Positions 57,561-64,000 of a DNA stretch of 64,000 nucleotides are shown here, piece after piece. Source of the DNA: a virus. Taxonomy: Duplodnaviria; Caudoviricetes. The position numbers and the translations under genes are program-made. The DNA is taken from positions 1 through 64,000 of the IMG/VR virus record IMGVR_UViG_2576861683_000003. One strand, given 5' to 3'. The notes beneath the pieces were generated by a model. It made no database searches and was not told the origin of the DNA. It worked only from the letters and a program-made list of their open reading frames with translations. Position 1 is the stretch's first letter. Each line of letters begins with the position of its first letter.

Positions 57561-59240
57561 TCACTTAAATCTAAATGCTCTTTCATCTTGCCTACACACC
57601 TCTTCCATCTCACGCATTCTCACGTTATAGATTGATTGCTCTGGCATCTGTACACGAACAGAAATAAAGCGACCATCAGGGATATCAATTGGGTCGCCGT
57701 CATTGAAGCCGTCAATATCATTGTTGGCAAACTCTGGTGCATTAGGGTGAGTACGGTGATACGTTTTAACGAGAATAGAGCCGTCCTCATTTACTTTATA
57801 GTCAACCCATATCAACGGTTGTTTATTAACATCAAGTGGAATTTCAAGACCACCATCGACACCGCCCCAACCTGCATCTGAATTAAAACCGAGCACACCT
57901 TCAATGAGATATTCACCCTTTGCTACTCGAGTAACCGTAGCGCCTTCTGATTCATCGTTAGTGGTGAAGGTGCCGTCAGGATTGATGTCGATGATTGGAG
58001 AGGCGCGTTTAATAAAACCATTGCTATCAGTTGTTGTATTAGCCTCGCTATATATCTTCCTTACTCTAGTAAACCCATCACTAATACGGACATCTGAAGT
58101 ATATGAATATGTAACGCCATTTGACGCATTAACAAATAAACCGGCCTTAATTGTTGAATTATAAGCAAGGTGAATGCCGCACCCATGATTTGTAAAGAGG
58201 TTAGTCCCGCTACCACCACCCTGCATAAAAAAAGAAGTGTGATGGGTGTTTTTTAAATCATCATTAGTAAATGTTGGGTTTATAGAACCTAAACCATAAT
58301 CACCAACTAGCATTAGTGTTCCACCTTTCCTTTCTGGAAATCTAATACTATTACCAGAACCATCATAGGAAAGATAAAATCCGTAAGGAACACCCTTTTC
58401 AGCTCTCAATAACCCAAAATAATTTGTTGGATTAGACTTATCCGAACTATAAAGCCCTTGGTAAGACATTAACTGACCATTAAATCTCTGAGTTTCTGAG
58501 TTTGTCAAAGAGGCTAATACAGACCAATCAGACCAAGCTTTTGCGTTTACGCGAATCCTATTAGCAAGCAATGGAGCTTGTACAGTACCACCCGACTGTA
58601 TTTGTAAAACAGATCCAGTCCCATCCCCGCCTTGTCTTGTAGAAACAATAAGAGGCTTATATGGTTCAAAATAGTTAGCTGAATTAGCTCCACCAGCACC
58701 ATAAAAACCAGCAGAAGTTATATCGTTAGCGTCACGCGGTGTTAATGGTATGATAGGGCCATTATCAGCAGTTGCTCCAACACCAAAATCCCCAATATGT
58801 ACTGTTTTATTATCATCCGCTTTTTTACTAATATCCCCTTGCATCTTCTTAATGCTATCTAGTGTAATAACTTCACCATTTGGCATTTCAATTTTTGTCT
58901 GCCCAGTCTGAGTCATCCATGTATTCATCGCATCGAGAAAATATTGCGTGTATGCATTTATGGCAACCATCGTTCTAGCTGCATCGCTATTATTATCAGG
59001 CTCAGTAATATGAATTGAAAATGTGGTGTTAGTTGCGGTAGCTAATGCAGGCTGTGCTAATACTAATTCAGTGTCGGAATTAACGGATTTAATCATGTAA
59101 GGAATATTCGTGTTTCCTGATTTAATTAAAATAGTCATTCCGATATTAATGGCTGGATTATTATTTTTAAATTTAGTGCCGGTTCCACGAACAATAGCAG
59201 ACCCTGACACTGTGTTAACAGTGCCTGTTGTGTATATCAT
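57561..59240 (-). CDS. Side tail fibre protein
   Basis: MIYTTGT..V.GTGTKF N-terminus, GDFGVG/GDYGLG repeats, NTTTDSNGFIK.ASP C-terminal domain. Confidence 0.88.
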   Translation of the reverse strand: MIYTTGTVNTVSGSAIVRGTGTKFKNNNPAINIGMTILIKSGNTNIPYMIKSVNSDTELVLAQPALATATNTTFSIHITEPDNNSDAARTMVAINAYTQYFLDAMNTWMTQTGQTKIEMPNGEVITLDSIKKMQGDISKKADDNKTVHIGDFGVGATADNGPIIPLTPRDANDITSAGFYGAGGANSANYFEPYKPLIVSTRQGGDGTGSVLQIQSGGTVQAPLLANRIRVNAKAWSDWSVLASLTNSETQRFNGQLMSYQGLYSSDKSNPTNYFGLLRAEKGVPYGFYLSYDGSGNSIRFPERKGGTLMLVGDYGLGSINPTFTNDDLKNTHHTSFFMQGGGSGTNLFTNHGCGIHLAYNSTIKAGLFVNASNGVTYSYTSDVRISDGFTRVRKIYSEANTTTDSNGFIKRASPIIDINPDGTFTTNDESEGATVTRVAKGEYLIEGVLGFNSDAGWGGVDGGLEIPLDVNKQPLIWVDYKVNEDGSILVKTYHRTHPNAPEFANNDIDGFNDGDPIDIPDGRFISVRVQMPEQSIYNVRMREMEEVCRQDERAFRFK

Positions 59241-59251
59241 GATTTATTTCC

Positions 59252-62200
59252 TTATTGCTTGCAGGCTAATAGTGTTATTTTGAAATATCTATCTTCGCTG
59301 TCATATCTAAATACACCCGGTGTATTCGCTTTTAACGTTGTTGATGGTGAATTCCAATAATAAAAATCATCGACTCGTCCACCATTTTTAATTTCAAAAA
59401 ATTTATCATCGTTTAGCCATAATCGACACCACTTGCTATTATGTGTCGTCGCTATGGTAACTACTTGAATAACGCGGTCAAAAGATTGTGGTGGTATCGT
59501 AATTGTTTCTCCATTACCAAGAGAATAAAACTTAACTATGTCACCTTCGATATTCTCCACTTTTAAAGTGCCCTTAATTTCACAATCTTTATCAATAATT
59601 ACATTATTCATTGTGCCTTTAGTGGCTTTAATTTCTCCTCTAAATTTTGCATTATCAAATTCAGCGTATCCATTTTTATTAATTATCCAGCCTGATTTTC
59701 CCGACACATAATTATTTGATTGAATAACATTTCCTATTTTTGCATTTGTAATCGAGCCATCTTCGATAAATAAATCTCGAACGAAGAACTGCCCATTTTT
59801 GGCATACATGAATAATTCCATCTTGCCATTTGCAGGGTTATACCAAGCAAAGTTATTTGCGTTATAACCAAAGAATGATTCCAGTTTTCCATTCTTAACC
59901 TGAGCACTAATTACTTGTCCTGCTGCATTGTATTTCACGTTGTTATGAACAATCGTGATATTAATGGAATGAGTGACAACACCGTCACCGGTCTGACTAA
60001 ATTCAGCCTGCATTTTTTGGTTAATCATGCCCTGCTGTTCACCAAATTGGGCTTGTACCTGTTCTTCGGATTTAGCCATTGCTTTATTCGTTTCAGATAT
60101 CGCTTCTTTGTTTGTCACAATATCCGCAGCAATACGCCCCATTTCCTTATCTGTATTGCCTAACTTCTGATTGGTGTCGGCTAAATTTTGGTTAGTTGTT
60201 TTTAACTCTGTGCGGATCTCCGTAGTTGTTTGACCGAAAGCTTTATTTAGCTCGGTAATTGACGTTTGAGTCTCTTTAATTGCAGACGTGTTATCACCAA
60301 CAGCAGAATAGATTTCTTTAACTTCCTGTGCCCATGCTTCGTTATCCGTTGCACGAACTTGCCATAGCTCTTTGATTCCAGCTTGTGATTGACCGTGTTT
60401 CACTAACAAACTGCGTGATAGTTGAGAGTCAGCATTACTAAGAATAATTGCTGTCTCAGCATTCCAATCCAAGCGTTCACTGAGTTGCCGACCGGCTTCT
60501 GATGACATGAAGTGCCCATCAAGCTCTGGCAATATTGTACCTACATCAAACTCCGATTCTCCCCGAATAAACTCAGTCCATTCAGATTGATTGCCTGTTT
60601 TATCCACCAGCCTTGCTCTAAAATAAAACGCTACACCTGCTGATAAACCTGCCATTTCATAGGTTTTAGATGGGTAAGGAACATCAGATAACAGCATCAG
60701 ACCTTCACCATCATTCGTTTTGCTGTACTGGATTTCAGTTTTTAATGTATCACTGGTGTTTTCACCAAATCCCCAGTCTAGCTTAATGCCAAATACTAAG
60801 GGCGACGCTCTAAAGTTAACCGGTTTGGGTGGGTTACCCATTTTTCCGGTTAACGTTTTTTCGTCAGAATATCCCCATCCGCTTGAGATCTCAGAAGCAT
60901 TAATAGCTCGAACACGGACTAAATATCGACCGGCATAAACATTAGGAACCTCAATAGAGTTAATGGAGCTTCGAGGCATATTGACCCAATTGCCTTCGTT
61001 TCTACGCCATTGCGCTTCATAAGAGATTGCATTTTCAACTTGTGACCACTGTGCTCGCATCGTTTCAATGCTAACGCCTTGGCTTACAATGGAGTAAGAG
61101 TCGATGACAATATTTTTCGGGGCTTGCTGGTTATTAGGAGGAATAACACTAATGGGCCTTTCATCAATCAATGCGCCAGAATCAACATGTTCATATTTAC
61201 TGGGATCATGCTGAATGGCTGTAATAGTAAATTGATTAGACTCATTTTCTGTAACACTAACAACGCGATATTGTTGCGCATACAGCTCTTCTGATTCGAC
61301 AACCCAAACACATTCTGCCTCTGGTGTCTCACTGTATTCCGTTGTAACCGTGATCACCTTCCCTGATACTGTTTGTATCGTTCTTGCTTGCGATTGCCCT
61401 GAAGGAAGATTGAGAATTAAGCGATCACCACTCACAGCACTTGAAACGCGATCTAACGTGATATTTCTGCCATCGATGGCACTTACTCGACCGCCAGTGA
61501 CTTTTCCTGACAACAGTTCATCAGCAACAGCGATAATGTAACCGGGTTGCGGAATGTTCCCATCTAACCCGACAGAGAATGTCACCATTCTGTCTTTATT
61601 GTTTGTCAGTATTCCCCAACGCCCTTTCCTGTTTGCCTCACTTTGCCGGGTGCAACCAATTGCGGTAACTTCTAATTGATTAAACCCAAACCGAGAAACT
61701 AAATCAGGTTCAAACACTGGCTCCATTGCATCAGCATATCCATTTTGCGGATCTGAATACGAAACCAATGCTGTGGAATACTTTTCTTTACTGCTACTGC
61801 TTGAATAAATAAATTTTCCATCAATCACATTGGCTCGGGTATAGCTATAATCAATATCACGAGGCATATCCGCTAATGTTACAATCTGACCGCCCCCCCA
61901 ATAGGTCATTCCTCGAAAGATGGCGGCAAAGTCACGTAACACGTTATACGCTTCATTTCTATCTTGCACATAAACATCACAGACATAACGAGGTTCTGTG
62001 CCATCACCACCTTTCCCATCGGGTACCAATTGATCACAATACTGCGCTATACGGTATAACTCCCATTTATCAATCTGTTGTTGATTTATTCGTTGTCCAA
62101 GACCAAATCTATCGGAAATAACAATATCGTAGAAAACCCATGCGGGGTTATTGGTCCATGCCCATTTAAAGGAACCATCCCATACGCCCGTGTAGGTGCG

Positions 62201-62983
62201 ATCAATAGGATTGTAATTTGAGGGTATTCGGATTATGCGCCCTTTCGGTTTGCACGTTATTTGCGGAATAGAACCGTTGAATTGTTTAGAGTCGAATTCG
62301 ATATAAAGTAACGCTGTATGAGGATAGGTAAACTTAGCATCAATGACTTCAGTGTAACTTTGCAAAACAACCGTATCACCGATTTTACTGCTATTAGCAT
62401 CATTAGAAACTTTTCTAACACGTAGTGACCATGATGTTGTCGATTCAGATAAATCAATTCTGTGTGCTCGCTCATAACCTGATGTCGTTTTTCCTTTCAC
62501 GGCACTATCAATAACGGTTTTCCAACTACCACCATCAGTTTGTAAATCAATGGCGTATTTAACTTCATTACCCACCAAATCCCCATTATCTTCTTGCTTG
62601 AATAATGAAGGCCACTTTAGACGAACCCGAATAGCTGATAATTGTGAATTGGTAAATGTGTGAACCCACGGTGTTTTACTCGAAATCGTTGAGCCAACAT
62701 TGATCTCATTTTCAGCACTAGGTAATCCTTGAATATAAGTCTGTGCTTGTGTGCCTGGTCTAAAATCCCACGTCACACCACTAAAATTTGCATTTCCTTC
62801 AGTGTCTTCTAACGGTGTGCCATCAAGGAAGATATTTTGTGCCGTTAACTCTCCGGCAAATTCTCCCTCACCCAAGGCAATGAGTAACTTTGCTTTAGCA
62901 ATAGATTGCAAATCATCAGGTTGCTCAACAGGCACACGAGGACTACCACCGCCCCCTTTTTGACCGTGAATTGTTTTTCTCAT
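59252..62983 (-). CDS. Tail tip protein J of prophage C
   Basis: LGEGEFAG, NNPAWVFYD, FN3 region, DUF1983-like domain. Confidence 0.92.
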   Translation of the reverse strand: MRKTIHGQKGGGGSPRVPVEQPDDLQSIAKAKLLIALGEGEFAGELTAQNIFLDGTPLEDTEGNANFSGVTWDFRPGTQAQTYIQGLPSAENEINVGSTISSKTPWVHTFTNSQLSAIRVRLKWPSLFKQEDNGDLVGNEVKYAIDLQTDGGSWKTVIDSAVKGKTTSGYERAHRIDLSESTTSWSLRVRKVSNDANSSKIGDTVVLQSYTEVIDAKFTYPHTALLYIEFDSKQFNGSIPQITCKPKGRIIRIPSNYNPIDRTYTGVWDGSFKWAWTNNPAWVFYDIVISDRFGLGQRINQQQIDKWELYRIAQYCDQLVPDGKGGDGTEPRYVCDVYVQDRNEAYNVLRDFAAIFRGMTYWGGGQIVTLADMPRDIDYSYTRANVIDGKFIYSSSSSKEKYSTALVSYSDPQNGYADAMEPVFEPDLVSRFGFNQLEVTAIGCTRQSEANRKGRWGILTNNKDRMVTFSVGLDGNIPQPGYIIAVADELLSGKVTGGRVSAIDGRNITLDRVSSAVSGDRLILNLPSGQSQARTIQTVSGKVITVTTEYSETPEAECVWVVESEELYAQQYRVVSVTENESNQFTITAIQHDPSKYEHVDSGALIDERPISVIPPNNQQAPKNIVIDSYSIVSQGVSIETMRAQWSQVENAISYEAQWRRNEGNWVNMPRSSINSIEVPNVYAGRYLVRVRAINASEISSGWGYSDEKTLTGKMGNPPKPVNFRASPLVFGIKLDWGFGENTSDTLKTEIQYSKTNDGEGLMLLSDVPYPSKTYEMAGLSAGVAFYFRARLVDKTGNQSEWTEFIRGESEFDVGTILPELDGHFMSSEAGRQLSERLDWNAETAIILSNADSQLSRSLLVKHGQSQAGIKELWQVRATDNEAWAQEVKEIYSAVGDNTSAIKETQTSITELNKAFGQTTTEIRTELKTTNQNLADTNQKLGNTDKEMGRIAADIVTNKEAISETNKAMAKSEEQVQAQFGEQQGMINQKMQAEFSQTGDGVVTHSINITIVHNNVKYNAAGQVISAQVKNGKLESFFGYNANNFAWYNPANGKMELFMYAKNGQFFVRDLFIEDGSITNAKIGNVIQSNNYVSGKSGWIINKNGYAEFDNAKFRGEIKATKGTMNNVIIDKDCEIKGTLKVENIEGDIVKFYSLGNGETITIPPQSFDRVIQVVTIATTHNSKWCRLWLNDDKFFEIKNGGRVDDFYYWNSPSTTLKANTPGVFRYDSEDRYFKITLLACKQ

Positions 62984-63002
62984 TAGATTATTCCAAATAG
63001 AT

Positions 63003-63596
63003 TTATTGCTGATCTTCTACATAAATACCTGCAGAAATGATGGCGCCACCAATAGTTCTTTCGCCATAGAGCACTGGCACTGGGTAACCTTGAGAAACGG
63101 TATTAGTAGGAGAGCCAAATGCATACGAAGGTTTGTTTTCACCCTGATCTTGCATTGCAAGACCTTTCGGCTGAGGTGAAAGCATTTGAATAACACCGCC
63201 GATAGCGACCGATGCGCCAACAGCAAACAAAAGGTTACTGGCCCATAATGCGGAACCCCAAGGTAGCCATATAGCGGCAGCAACAAGGACGGCACCAAAA
63301 ATAGTCTGAAAAACACCCCCTCTTTTGCTCCCCATCACAATGGGAACGATACGAATAATTTCTTCTGATATCGGGAAATTAAGATCATCAACACCGATAT
63401 TCTTTTTCCCTTTAAATACGGCGTATGTTAATCCTCGTGATTTACTGGTATTTAAATACTGTTCAAATCCATTTAAGGTACAACAAAGTGCTCTGATTGC
63501 TTCTGATGTTGTCGTAATTATGCGCTGATGAGTTTTACCAAATGTTTTTCCTAATATTCCGCTTAACTCTATTGTTACCATCTTTTCTTCTTGCAT
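63003..63596 (-). CDS. Tail assembly protein I of prophage C
   Basis: G.LGK.FG; QGYPVPVLYG; GGAIISAG. Confidence 0.9.
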   Translation of the reverse strand: MQEEKMVTIELSGILGKTFGKTHQRIITTTSEAIRALCCTLNGFEQYLNTSKSRGLTYAVFKGKKNIGVDDLNFPISEEIIRIVPIVMGSKRGGVFQTIFGAVLVAAAIWLPWGSALWASNLLFAVGASVAIGGVIQMLSPQPKGLAMQDQGENKPSYAFGSPTNTVSQGYPVPVLYGERTIGGAIISAGIYVEDQQ

Positions 63597-63652
63597 AAAA
63601 ACTCCATAAAAAAACCCGCACTTGGCGGGTTATATTTAAGATGTTTGAATGA

Positions 63653-64000
63653 TTAATGATTTACTTTATTTTCAAAATCTTCAGTAAATTTTGATCTTAA
63701 TGATTCTGGAAAACCGTTTGTTATAGCGTTTATGTCCATTTTATAAAATGCTATTAACTGTGCTCCGTTATATGTAGGTTTTGATTTTTTCATTTCTTCG
63801 ACAAATTTAGTTACTGCTTCTTCATCAAATTTCAGTCCATCACTTCCTCTAATAACAAAATTAGAAGCAGACCATTTACCTATATCAAAAAATTCACTTT
63901 CAATTGATTGATTATTTATTTGTTGATTATTAGTAAGAGATGATTTACCTCCTCTAATTTCTTCAACAATAGCGCCACAGCCTGCAAAAATAGAACCTAT
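63653..64000 (-). CDS. Partial moron ORF upstream of I (start outside window)
   Basis: Open frame IGSIFAGCGAIVEEIRG...FENKVNH*; terminator at 63607-63631. Confidence 0.6.
   Translation of the reverse strand: MGSIFAGCGAIVEEIRGGKSSLTNNQQINNQSIESEFFDIGKWSASNFVIRGSDGLKFDEEAVTKFVEEMKKSKPTYNGAQLIAFYKMDINAITNGFPESLRSKFTEDFENKVNH

Larger units (their letters stand above)
54619..64000. mobile_element. Prophage C, tail end plus cargo (continues beyond window)
   Basis: I, J and tail fibre genes running towards icd'. Confidence 0.85.

Noticed and set aside
3140-63528. Many short ORF-track entries antisense to or inside longer genes (e.g. 3140..3376, 5882..6118, 15975..16247, 21312..21611, 59915..60163)
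   Set aside because: Shadow frames of well-supported genes with no motifs; only the embedded Rz1 genes were kept
1-64000. CRISPR array, rRNA, intact tRNA, or a reverse transcriptase (retron/DGR)
   Set aside because: No regularly spaced repeats, full cloverleaf or YxDD RT ORF seen by eye; only a degenerate tRNA half at 55849

Overview
AT-rich Morganellaceae DNA (Proteus-like, judged from sequence style) made up entirely of a tandem array of at least three lambdoid prophage elements integrated at the 3' end of icd. Two 165-bp icd 3'-end copies (7606-7770 and 54454-54618), each convergent with a phage 21/e14-type tyrosine integrase gene, mark the junctions. Element A (<1-7770) is a heavily deleted remnant that keeps morons: CigR-like, TIR/SEFIR, P-loop kinase, Hsp20 and Csp. 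Element B (7771-54618) is a cryptic lambda/Gifsy-like prophage with full head and tail genes, a very short early region (int-xis-cI-O-Q), a frameshifted Q, a nonsense codon in tail gene K and no recognisable holin. It carries an ~11-kb putative defence island: AbiGi, GAPS4, an orphan NTPase, a DUF4238 remnant, a degenerate IS630 and an attC-flanked cassette. Element C (54619->64000) contributes cargo genes plus tail fibre, J and I. The best candidates for an undescribed system are: (1) a membrane-anchored GAF-like protein followed by a small basic ORF, present as two divergent homologues in separate moron slots (8971-10270 and 25471-27100); (2) an Hcp / DUF4225-like / 2-TM module in the lambdoid late toxin slot, with an orphan copy of its 3' part at 1-463; (3) a degenerate short hairpin motif recurring at accessory-gene boundaries. 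All family assignments are by-eye motif recognition; no database searches were run.
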